Source: Callorhinchus milii
Taxonomy: Eukaryota
NCBI RefSeq assembly: GCF_018977255.1
Contig: NW_024704742.1
Location: 98,520,001-98,584,000, forward strand
DNA: 64,000 nt
Direction: 5' to 3'
Positions 48,370 to 59,655 of the stretch are shown piece by piece (position 1 is the first letter of the stretch; each line of letters begins with the position of its first letter). The notes below the pieces were generated by a model. It ran no database searches and was not told the origin of the DNA. It saw nothing but the letters and a program-made list of their open reading frames with translations. The position numbers and the translations under genes were made by a program.

Positions 48370-49794
48370 GTCTATCAGCTTTGAAATGCTTGGTGGAAAC
48401 ATTGCCAGAAGTAAAATCTGGAGCTAGAAATAAGATATACACAGAGGCCAAATGATCAAGCAAATTGAAATTCATCCCATTCATTCAATCCAAGTTAACC
48501 ATTCCATTTAAAATAAACTCTTGCTGGATGTTATTACATTATCATTTAAAAATAGAAACCTGGCATGAAATTCTTATTAGATTGTGAAGTGTAAGGCAGT
48601 GTTATTATTGCCATGTTATTGCTCTATTAATGCCAGAAATCACTGGATGGGAGCTTGCGTGTTCTAGTGGGCATTCAATTTATTGAAAGCATCTGTCCTG
48701 GGTGCTTTAAGTCTTCAGCAGCTAATCCTGCAACTTCTTTCCTGGCAGTCAGAATGGCTATGGATAAAGTCTGAAACATCCATTCAATGTGTCTGCAATA
48801 TCCATCCTTTGGGCCTGGTGCATCTGCTCTTAGATTTTGAAGCATCTGTCCTTGGGGGTGGAGAGATATGCAGGAAGTAACTAAAGAGATTTGATTAAGC
48901 GATTGCGTTAGATTTTTAAAAAATAATATACATAGACTTAAATATTCCTTAACGAGTAGAACAATAATTTCCAAATTAAAAATAAAGTGAAAGTTGTGAT
49001 AGACAGCAAGCAAACTCCTTCACATTAAGCAAGGAATCTTGAAGTGAAGGGGGATGATATGCTTGTATGAAAAGCAAATTGCAGGTCTGGTAATATGAGA
49101 ATTAAGAAAGAAAAGAGATTGAAAAGCAAAAATGAGGAATCACTCTTGCTGTAATGAATAGCACAGACCTAACAATGTTGGTTTATAATCAGATTTTCCC
49201 CATTGCAATCACACATCAGCAAAATCAGTACACTGAGCAGCAAGGTAAATTTCAGCCCCCAGTTTTCTATGGGCAATGAAGAGAAGCTGTATTCTGATTG
49301 CATTGAAGAGAGGCAGAATGTGAAGAATAGTCAGGTCACTGAAAGGATGAGGTGGGAGCCATCGACAGTATATCTAGACATGGCCCAACTTTTTAATTTT
49401 TTCTTGTTCAACACCGAATTGTCGAAAACTAGAAATAGGCAAGAAAGTGGTTATTTGGACACCAAAAGTGCTTTGAAAAGATTGATTCATTTTGATTCCA
49501 AAAGCATTTATCCCAGGATATTAAAGGAAATAAAGGAAGAAATTGGAGAAGTCTAGGTAAGAATTCTCTGAAATTCATTCAAAAGTGAGGCTTGGTTCTG
49601 AAGGGATATGAAAGCAGTAAATGTTATACCAATTCAAAACAGGTTTGTCAAAATGCTTGCTTTTGCATGTGCACACTGAGAATTAACTGAGAAAGTGTCC
49701 CACTTCCACACTAGACATGATTTTGCCCACAAAATATACAGTCAATTTGCTTTACAGTATATTCTGTGAAGCGCTTTGAGACATCTCAATTGTG

Positions 49795-50930
49795 AGGTTT
49801 ATGAAGTCGATCTGTTTGGTGATAGGGAACCACTGGAGCCTGGCTAGAACTGGTGTGATGAGAGTATGGAGTTTAGTGCGGGTGAGCATATATGGGTGGT
49901 GGAGTTTTGGATTAGCTAAATATTGTGGACAGTGGAGCTGGGGAGACTGGCAAGGAGAGCATTTGAATAGTCAAGCTGGGAAGTGATGAACACATAAACG
50001 ATTGTTTTGGCTGAGTTTGGGGTAAGGTCCAGTCAAAGGCGGACAATGTTGCGGAGGTGGAGGGAAACGGTCCTGGATGTTGAGTAAGAAGGACAACTGT
50101 GGATTGAACCATAAGCATGATCGAACAGGGGGGCCTTGAAAGAGGGGACAGAGGGGGCAAGGTGGAGGGATTGAAGGAGAGTGTTCCAGGGTTTTGGGGC
50201 ATAGTGGCTGAAAGCATGACCTCCAATGGTGGGGCAGAGGGTGCGAGGGACGAGCAGGAGGCCGGTGTCAGTCGAGCAGAGGTGGTGGATTGGGGAGTGA
50301 GGAGGTCGGAGAGGAAGGGAGGTGCCAGAGAGTGAACGGATTTGAACACGAGAGTGAGGATCTTGAAGTTGATTCGTTCGGTGATGGGGAGCCAGTGGAG
50401 TCTGGCCAGAACTGGTGAGATGTGGGTATGGAGTTTGGTCCGGGTCAGTATGCAGGCAGCAGAGTTTTGAATGAGCTGGATCTTGTGAATGCTGGAGCTG
50501 GTGAGACGAGAGCGATTAGAGGGATCAAGGGTGGGTTTTTTGAGGAGGGGTGTGATGACTGCGGTTTTCAGGGGCCATGGAACAGAGCCTGAGGAGAGAA
50601 ACTGGTTGACAGTGTTGGCCAGCAGGGGGGGGAGGAGGGGGAATTGAGTGACCAGGAGCTGGGTGGGGAGAGGGTCGAGGCAGCAGGTGGTAAACCATGC
50701 GGGTGATTGTGGTTAAGAGAGAGGAGGGAGAAACTGGGGCAAATGATGGGGGAGTGGCAGGAGCCGCGGCGGAGGGAGAAGGCAGTATGGATGATCCTGG
50801 TGGGGTGGAAGGGGACATGGAGGGAGGATGATGCAGCCAAACGGATGTTTTCAATACCAGACTGGAGGGGCTCAATGAGGGAATGGAGGAAGAGGCGTGA
50901 GCAAAGCTGGTTAGCGACAACGCATTTCAG
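49795..50930 (-). mobile_element. Mosaic of several L2 fragments in the same orientation
   Basis: HWxP/RIxF segment twice (~49800-49850 and ~50360-50400); EPLQSG near 50860; purine-rich ORF2 linker 50525-50850. Confidence 0.8.
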
Positions 50931-51348
50931 AGAGTTGTTTGAATCCTATTTTTCTTCAGATAAACTTTTTCTTTGAAATAAAAATTGATCTGAACTGGAA
51001 ATTCACTTTTCGCTGAATATGATATCTGCTATGAAATATGAACACGCACTTTTTTTTTAACTTTTGGATGAGCAGTGAGGTTTGATGTTTTCTGTGGCTC
51101 TGCATGATTTGTGTGAGTACGGGAACAAGAAACAAATAAACCTCAAGTGATTGATTATTTTGAGCAAATGTTACCAGGGTAATGAATAAAATAAACATCA
51201 GGAGGATACATCGAAACTCACATTCTAACTCTAAAGAGGAGACAGTCAATCAGGATCTGTGAGAGACAAGTTAGCATTCCAGGTGTGACTCTTCATGAGA
51301 ATTAAAATTGATTGCTGATTCTGATTGACCTACAGTGGGTTTCCAGCA

Positions 51349-51912
51349 TTCAAAGTTCTGTCCTTGACTGGTTCAGGTCCTACCTTTCACACCGCTTCCA
51401 TTTCGTCCCAGCAAACGTTTTCTTCTCCAGCCCCTGCACTGTCTTGTGCGGTGTTCCTCAGGGCTCGGTCCTCGGAAACTTACCCCATGTCTGCGGATGA
51501 TGTCACCAAGCTGGGACATGTAGAGGATAACGAGGAGAGGACCAAGGACAGAGTCCTGAGGAACACCGCACGAGACGGTGCGGGGGCTGGAGGAGAAGCC
51601 GTTTGTTGAGACGAAGTGGAGGCGGTGTGATAGGTGGGACATGAAACAGTCAAGGACAGAACCTTGAAGGTTGAGGTAGGAAGGGAGGCGGTGGAGGAGG
51701 ATTGAGTGATCCACAGCATCAAAGGCAGTGGAGAGGTCAAGGAGGACGAGGAGGCAGAGGGAACCCTGGTTACACATGGTCAGGATGTCATTTGTGACCT
51801 ACACCAGAGCAGTTTCCGTGCTGTGGGCAGCACCGAAACCCAATTGGAGGGGCTCATGAAGGGAGTGGGAGGAGAGGAAAGAGCGAAGCTCAGAGGCAAC
51901 GGCTCTCTCAAA
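51349..51912 (-). mobile_element. L2 RT fragment (51476-51912, minus) with a 127-bp fold-back inverted copy (51349-51475, plus)
   Basis: HSTETAL, LLDLSTAFDAVDH, GVPQDSVLGPLL on minus; GVPQGSVLG on plus. Confidence 0.9.
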
Positions 51913-52260
51913 AGAAACAAAAGTTCCACTATTGACTGTTACAATGTCCTTATGGTGTGTCTTGTGATTTTTTATTTCAAGTCGGAAACCTCCCAGAGAT
52001 CACATGGAGCCTTTTCCTCATTCCATTGCTGATCTGAAAACATGGCTTTTCCGCAACTGATGTCAAGCCAAAAAGACTCCTAAAAATATATTTTTTTAAG
52101 ATGTCACTTCAGAACCTGAACAGCTGGACTTTCATCTAGATGGTTATAGTTTAGTGATGGCATGGCTGCTGGTCACTCAAATTTGTTGAATCAAAACTCT
52201 ACCTCTTTCTGTTTGTCTATTTGTCCACCTTTTTCTCAGTCTTTCTAACGGTTTAAGGTC

Positions 52261-52381
52261 TGCTGTGCGCAATTGGCTGCCGCGTTTCGCCCACAAAATA
52301 AACAGTCGCTAAACTTTACAGTTTATTCTGCGAAGCGTCTCAATGACATGACATATCAAATGCAAGGATTATTATTATTAT
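52261..52381 (+). mobile_element. Young SINE 3' fragment
   Basis: tgctgtgcgcaattggctgccgcgtttcgccc..atcaaatgcaagg(att)n. Confidence 0.85.
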
Positions 52382-52713
52382 GACGATGATGAAGTTTTTG
52401 GTCTAAGAATGCATAATGATATCTTCCAACAAATTAATACACCGAAAAGGCGGTGAATTAAATTATCCTGAAATCCAAGCTTTTATCTTTGTGAACATTT
52501 GCAACATGGTTGGAAATATTTTCAGATGATGGAAGTATTCATGATTAACACATATTTCAATTAACTCAATAGTGAATTTATTCCAATTACATCTATCGAT
52601 TGGCAAATAAAGAGATAAAATGACACAACATGGGCAGAGCAAGATCTATGCCAGTGATGCTGAAATCTTCTATGAATTGATGTAGTACACATTAAGAATG
52701 GTTACACACCCAA

Positions 52714-53110
52714 CCCTTGCATTTATATAGTGCATTTCACATCAGGAAGATGTCCCAAAGAGCTGGACAGTCAATGGGAAAGATAGCCGAACACAGTGAA
52801 AAAGCGAGGTCTTGATGCAGTCCTCGAAGGAGATGAGGGAAGATGTGAGCCAAAGGTACTCCAGGATGGAGTTCCAGAGAATGGGGGCAGATACCTTGAA
52901 AGCCTGGCCACCGATGGTGGGGCAGGGGATGTGAACCACCTCACTGCCTGCTGAGCAGAAGGAACGGCCAAGGTTGTAGGGTTTATGGAGGTCACAGAGT
53001 TAAGGTTGGGCAAGACCAAGGAGGTATTTAAAGGTTAGAATGAGGATCTTGAACTTGATCTGTGGGACATGGGGAGCTAGTGGAGCCAGGCGGGAATGAG
53101 GTGATAGGCT
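52714..53110 (-). mobile_element. L2 3' fragment
   Basis: PTIGGQAFKVSAPILWNSI; gatcaagttcaagatcctc (IKFKIL) on minus strand. Confidence 0.85.
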
Positions 53111-53616
53111 CATGAAGACTTGCACTATGTGCAAAGAAGACATTAGGAAAAGGTCACTGAGTGCCTCCAAGAAGTGCAGACAATGTGAAAAGTTGACATG
53201 AAGTCCCCAAGGAATTGTACGGAATCAAGAACAATGCAAAGTTTCAAAGTATTTTTCAAACATGCTACCCACATCTGAGGTAGCAACTCTGAATAGAATT
53301 CAACACATGGAAATTGAAATAAGTGACCTACAAAAGTAAAACTAATTTATAACATGTGATTTTATAGTTCTACTTTAAAATAAACGGCTACACAGATAAA
53401 ACTTATTGTTACTTAAAGAAATGTTGCTCTAATTCTGAGGTTCAGTACCTGATTGGGAATATGCAGCCTGTTTCATTGTAGCCTTCTGTGCAGATTTAGG
53501 AAGAGGTTGGTAGAGCATTAGAGCTGCACTGAGAAGATCCGTGCCTCATTAAACAGCTTTTTCGATAAGGGTGATTCATTCAGATTACAGATGACATCTA
53601 ATAAAATATAATAAAA

Positions 53617-54365
53617 TAATAATAATCTTTGAATTCGGTATAGTACCATTCACATCAGAAGGACGTCCAAAGCGCTTCACAGATATACTGTAAACACAAA
53701 CAGTGATGGATTGAAAATGACCAATTTATTATTGTTTTTGGTTTTTTTGGAGGATTATTATCAGGCGTGTGGAGTAAGGGAACTTGCCCAAGGTTTCGCC
53801 CTGCCTGGAATTGAAGTGGAGTTCAGCCCCTAGGCTCTGGAACTCCATCCCCCAGTGCCTTCGCCTTGCCTTGGGACATCCTCCTGACGTGAAAGGCGCT
53901 TTATAAATGGAATCTTGTTGTTGTTGTTGTTGTTGTTGCCTCCTCCCTTTCCTCCTTCAAGGCCGGTCTCAAGACCTTTCTCTTTGACCGTGCCTTCAGC
54001 TCCCCTCTCGACTCTCTCCCCGCTCCTCGCTCCCTCCCTTCCCTCCCCTCACCCTGACCATTTCCCCCCTGCTCGGGTCCTGACCCAACTGTACAGCGCC
54101 TTGGGACGTCCTCCCGACATGAAAGGCACTCAATAAATTGAATCTTGTTGTTGTTGTTGTGGAGTGACTGCAAGTTTTTTTTGTGTGGGTGGGTGAATGC
54201 TACAGCCAGATTTGCACACAGCAGCTTCCCACAAATCACCAAGAAATGAATGACCAATTTTATTTGGGGTATTGTTGGCCAGGGCCCAGGAGAAACTCCC
54301 TTCTCTTTTTGAATAATGCTGTGGCATATTTAGTGTCCATATGAACAGCAGACAGGATCTCAGTG
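53617..54365. mobile_element. Nested cluster: old Deu SINE (-), young SINE fragment (-, ~53694-53814), L2 3' end (+, 53823-54158) containing a second L2 tail
   Basis: TSD gtggagt at 53816-53822 / 54159-54165; TSD ttgcct at 53866-53871 / 53936-53941; two (TTG)n tails. Confidence 0.8.
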
Positions 54366-54689
54366 TAGCTGAGGTTTAGTGTAACTGCGGTTTGGCCTGT
54401 ATTGTGAATCTAGTTAATCAGATACACCTTTTTATTGCACTGAACAGCAGAGCTTGTGGCAGGAATTTGTCCATGGATGTTGTAATAAGCAATTAAGAAG
54501 CTGAATCATACATATTTTTACAGATATTTGTTTGGGGAGTATTTTTTGGACCAGTACATTCATGGTTTCTTGCACTAAAAGATCACAAGAGATGTTTGAA
54601 TGAAAGACACGTTGGACCATTTTATCTAATTCTTACAGAATGTCAAAACTGCTATCAATTCAATATCGTGTAAACAACTTCTTAAATTA

Positions 54690-54830
54690 AACCAGTGTCC
54701 TAGTGGTTGAGGCTAGGACACTGGACCCATTTCAGAAACTATTAGTATGCTGGAAAAATAAAATTGAATGGGTCAAACAGAGCCCTCTTCTTCCAAATGT
54801 CTCATGTGATCTTGGAAAATTGTAGTGAGA
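54690..54830 (+). mobile_element. CR1 3' end fragment
   Basis: gtggttgaggctaggacactggacccatttcagaaac..gaatgggtcaaacagagccctcttc. Confidence 0.55.
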
Positions 54831-55158
54831 CAAGATTAACATGTGCCAGCCTACACATGGTCCCTGAGCAGCTTCAGGAAAATGGGTGTAACATTTGTGA
54901 TGAGCAATAAGAAAAACACAAACAGAACCAACGCTAAAGGTATTTTTTGAAGTTCTTAATGATCTAATGACATATGTAAACAATAGTGGTACATCACATG
55001 TGAACCCAGGTTACAAATTCCTAACATATTTGTATTCACCCATATGGATTTTGCTCAGTGAGCCCTTACTCTATTGAAATGTGTCAATTATTTGGGACAG
55101 ATCCAATTAAGTAAGGTCCGAATTTCTAATATAACTAATCTTTTCTGGCACCTGTTCT

Positions 55159-55845
55159 ACAACAATAATTTGCCTTATATAATGCCCTCCACACAGGGTA
55201 GCGTCTCAGAGCACTTAACAGTGGTGGAGCCTGACTCTGAGCCACGGGGAGTGGGGAGGTGGCCATAAGCATGGTCGAACAGTAAAGTTTTTAGGCAGGA
55301 CTTGAAAGAGGGGAGAGAGGGGGCAAAGTGGAGGGATTGAGGGAGAGTTTTCCAGAGTTTTGGGGCATAGTGGCTGAAAGCACAACCACCAATGGTGGGG
55401 CGGAGGGCACGAGGGATGAGCAGGAGGCCAGTGCCAATCGAGGGGAGGCGCCGGGTGGTGGATTGGAGAGTGAGGAGGTCGGTGAATTAGGGAGATCCAG
55501 TGAGTGAATACATTTGAATACAAGAGTGAGGATCTCAAAGTCGATCTGTTCAGTGATGGGGAGCCAATGGAGCCTGGCCAGAACTGGTGAGATGTGGGTA
55601 CGGAGTTTGGTCCGGGTCAGTATACAGGCGGCAAAGTTTTGAACGAACTGGATCTTGTGAATGGTGGAGCTGGGGAGACCGATGAGAAGTGCACTGGACT
55701 AATACATGCGGGAGGTGACAAACCCATGCACGAGAGTTTCAGATGCATTTGGGGTAAGGTACAGTCGGAAGCGTGCAATGTGTTGGAGGTGGACCGGATG
55801 TGGTGGAGGAAGGACAGTTGGAAGTTGAACTGGCCGCCTAATTTG
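55159..55845 (-). mobile_element. L2 3' fragment with tail
   Basis: QLSFLHHIR, HKIQFVQNFAA, LHWLPI, IGGCAFSHYAPKLW on minus strand; caacaa tail at left. Confidence 0.9.
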
Positions 55846-56339
55846 CACACTGGTTACATGTGTTACAAGTAACACTCGAGCTAGACTTTAATGCTGCTGT
55901 TGGACCGTCTGTTTGAAGTTACAAGTTAATAATTTTACCAGAATTGTATTTTCAATTGTGTTGTCAAGAGTGGGAGTGAAAATGCAGTGTAACATTTCAG
56001 AGTCAGGAAGAGGTCTAACCTGTGAACAAGGGGATACAGGTCACATCTCAAGTGCTTAATCACAGGCTTGTTCCAGTCATCAGAAGCCAATTTTGTAAGT
56101 GTTAGCCAAGGTATAACATCTGCCTCCTGATAGGACATGATTGATGTGCTGTTCTGTAAGGTGATCAGGTTCATTCATATCCTAAGGAGTCCAGAGCACC
56201 TACGTGCTTCACATTCGAGCAAAGCTTTGGTTTGCTTATGTAGAGATTCACATGCTTCAATTACTTGCAGAATACTACCCAGGGTAATCATAATAATAAT
56301 TCTCACATTTGATATCACACCAGGATAAATTACACCAAT

Positions 56340-57035
56340 GTTCCGCTCACCAGACAAACCAGCCTCTTCCCTTCACAAGCTGCAGCTCATGTCTTTTCTC
56401 ACACTAGACTCCACAAGCCTATCATCCCCATCCTCACCTGACTCCGCTGGCTTCCCATTCCCCAGTGGACTCAGTTCAAGATCCTCATTCTAGCCTTCAA
56501 ATTGTCTGCCCCACCCTACCTCTACAAACTCCTCAAATCCTATTTACCTGGCAATTCCCTCCGCTCAGAAGGCCTGCTCCACAACCCGTGATCCACCTAC
56601 CACACCATTGGCAGTCGGACTTTCAGTGTATTAGCATATTCACTTTGGGGCTGTTTGTAGGATATTGCTGTACCCAATTGGCTGCAACGTTCACCCACAA
56701 AACACACAGTCACTAAAATTTACAGTACAGTGAAGCACTCTGGAAGGTCCTCCTGATGTATAACCAAATCTAAAACATATTAGTATTATTATTATTTTGC
56801 ACTGTATTTCTGGAGATCTCAAAGTGCTTCACAGGATATAGTGCAAAGTATAGTAACTGCATATTTTCTAGACAAATGTGGCAGCCAATTTGCACAGAGG
56901 AATGTTCGCAAGAGCTATAAAGTGAATGACTAATTTTATTTGGGGGATTGTTGGTCAGGACACCAGGAGAAACTCCTTTTGTTTTTTGAATTGTGCCTTG
57001 GGTCTTTAAAGTCCATCTGAACATGCAGACAGGAA
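56340..57035. mobile_element. L2 fragment (+, ~56340-56630) followed by two Deu SINE 3' parts tail to tail
   Basis: cttcacaagctgcagctc, gttcaagatcctc; ctgtttgtaggatattgctg (+); ttggtcaggacaccaggagaaactcc (-). Confidence 0.7.
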
Positions 57036-57203
57036 TCAACAACGACACAGACTCATTGAGCTGAATGGCTTGTTTCTGTGCCATATCACTCTTTGCAACT
57101 CAAACCTTTTAGTTTTAATATTATTTTTCAGCATGCACTTTTTGAAAATTCACAAAAAATGTAATATATGAATTTGGTTTCTGATGACACCAAATATATC
57201 ACT

Positions 57204-57525
57204 ATAATAATAATAATAATAATCCTTGCATTTGATATAGCGCTTTTCACGTTGGGAGGACGTCCCAAAGCGCCTCACAGAACACACTGTAAAGTGAATT
57301 GCCTGTTTATTTGTGGGTGAACGCGGCAGCCAATTGCGCACAGCAATGTCCCACAAACAGTCGTAGAAATAAAATGACCAATTTATTATTGTTTTGGGTT
57401 TTTGGAGGGATTATTATTAGGCGTGTGGAGTAAGGAAACTTGCCCAAGGTTTCGCCCTGTCTGGAATTGAACTCAGGTCTCTCACTTGCAAAGCGAGTGC
57501 TCTAACCACTGAGCTACAGGACTCC
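57204..57525 (-). mobile_element. Young SINE, short form, full length
   Basis: Colinear with 36539-36860, same gggacgtcctccc tail variant. Confidence 0.95.
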
Positions 57526-58869
57526 ACGACAGTGTTTAGCCAACAATTTGCTCAGCCCAATAACATGTTATTTCAAAATCCTGAACAACCTCTTGAAAAG
57601 AGCAATCTTATGTATGTCTAGAAACGTCTTCAACACACAACAAACTGCACAAAAGAATACATTTTGCAAAATGATCCCAGCTGACATTTCAAACACCTTC
57701 ACTAACCTGAAAACCTGAACTTCAGCAAAGCCACAACTAGCAACATTTTCTTCTTTTTTCTGAATTGATTAAAAGTATGAAATAATAAAAATAATCCCTG
57801 CATTTGGTATAACAGCTTTCAATGTCAGGGGATGTCCAAAAGCTTTCATAGGATATACTGTAAATTGCAGTGACTGTGTTTTGCATCCAGCAATGTTCCA
57901 CAAACAAAATAGTAAGCGGAAATACTATGGAAAGAGCGGTTTAACAATTTGCTGTTGTTTGGAAGCAAAGCAAGATGTATAACTTTCGACTGGTAGGGAT
58001 GAAATCCATGCTCAAAAGATTCAGCGCTGAACTAAAATTCATCACGCAGCAATTGAACATTTCAACCTGAAGTGGCTAGAAGCGTTTTTTTTATTAGATG
58101 GAAATACTTCGACCATAAGGGAGATTTGATCAGAGTTAATCTTAAATGCACTTCACTGTGCTGGTTGAGGTCACAGTGACACTGCTGTTATAAACATGAA
58201 AGGTTCATCAGTCCCTAATCCATCCACTAACTAAGAAATCCATTTGTGATTGTTTTTATTCTCAACTTTAACCCCTTCGTCCTTTCACCTGCTTTGCAGC
58301 ATCTCCGAGCTTGATGACGTTGTGTCTGCCGTGCCTGCCTGATCCTGTTGTTTTCCACAAAACAACACAGGACGAAATGTCATAACGCATTTTACTGTCT
58401 GGAACCACTTAGCCTTGGGGGAAGGTCACTTACGAAGTAACTTAATTAAAATGTACCATTGCAGACTAGGGGAAATATAATCATTAGATAAGTAAAGCAA
58501 CATTTTCAAAGCAGATATCAGTTTTGATAGTTTTCTTTTCCCTCCAACTATGCTGCATGTATAAACCTTTTCAGTATGAGCGGTTTTGTTACATTTTTAG
58601 GGCTGTGTTTTTCAGCATATATTCACGCTCATACTAAATTTCACAATGCCTAAGTAATAAAGTAACCAAGGAAATCAATTATGAAGTATTTAGACATTGT
58701 CCGTTAGTAATTAATATTACAATATTTTCTGCTGAAATCTGGGCACTATTGTAAGGATTTTCGATTTATTATAAAACTCAGTGTTGAAAAGATTATGCCA
58801 AGTGTTATCTTGTCAAAAGGCAAGCGTTAGTGCTGAAATACTATCAAAAATTGTTACAAGCTGATTCCA

Positions 58870-59655
58870 CCTGACAGCTCCACTCACTGTGTTTCGCACA
58901 TGATTAGAAATGGTGGTCATTAACGTGAATGCTGAAGCCAGTGTTTCCATGGAAACCCCAGACCACTATAGCGCACACTAGAACAATTTGTGCCATTTGT
59001 CCATTTGATTAATTATGCCTTTGTATTCAACATGGTTTGGCCTGATTGTCCCATCAAGTATTAGGGAAGCTGATGGTGTGACAAATGTGGCTATTGTTTG
59101 GAGTCTATTCATCTCCACGCATCCTTGAGAACTGACAGACGTTTAAATGAAATTACTGTCCCTTAACAAAATACTGGCTGTCAGTAATGTTTATGCCTTC
59201 CTACTGAGCGAAGGACCCTGTGATGACAGCTTCAGCTATTAGTACAATAAATGTGACGTCTATTGAAATATATTTTGCACCATAGGCTTACCTTTGTTTA
59301 ATGTAAAGATTATTTTAATTTGATACACTTGGCAAGCACAAGTTTATTGTTCACGATTCTTATTGGTCCATAAAGTGAACAAGGAACATAAATATATTTC
59401 AAACAACACACAGAAAGAAAATACAAATGTATTGATTGATAAGGATTTCATTGTAAGCGTAGTCTCAATGATAGTTCCAGGACCAGGCTCTCAAGTCGAT
59501 TTGTGTTTTCCTCTGTCAGTCCATTCCAGTGAAGAACAAGTTAAAGTCCTCAGAGGTTTGGGAGAAACCGGCCTTGCAGCTGTGGGTCAAGGCCTTCACA
59601 TTTTAGGTCTTGGTAACTCCCCCTAATTCTAAATCATCTTATGTGTTTTGACAGT
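58870..59655. promoter_or_regulatory. Candidate enhancer: cluster of Meis-type TGACAG and Pbx-Hox-type TGATNNAT motifs
   Basis: TGACAG/CTGTCA at 58872, 59133, 59178, 59224, 59513, 59649; TGATTAAT at 59006, TGATTGAT at 59433; lies in a transposon-poor island. Confidence 0.3.

Noticed and set aside
48230..48484. Poly-Ile / poly-Asn proteins
   Set aside because: Translations of the (ATT)n SINE tail
48687..48852. 13-bp direct repeat aagcatctgtcct (48687-48699, 48840-48852) as a TSD
   Set aside because: The enclosed ~140 bp shows no element features; cannot be distinguished from chance or an old local duplication
50525..50976. Pro/Ser-rich protein ORFs
   Set aside because: Off-frame readings of C-rich L2 ORF2 sequence
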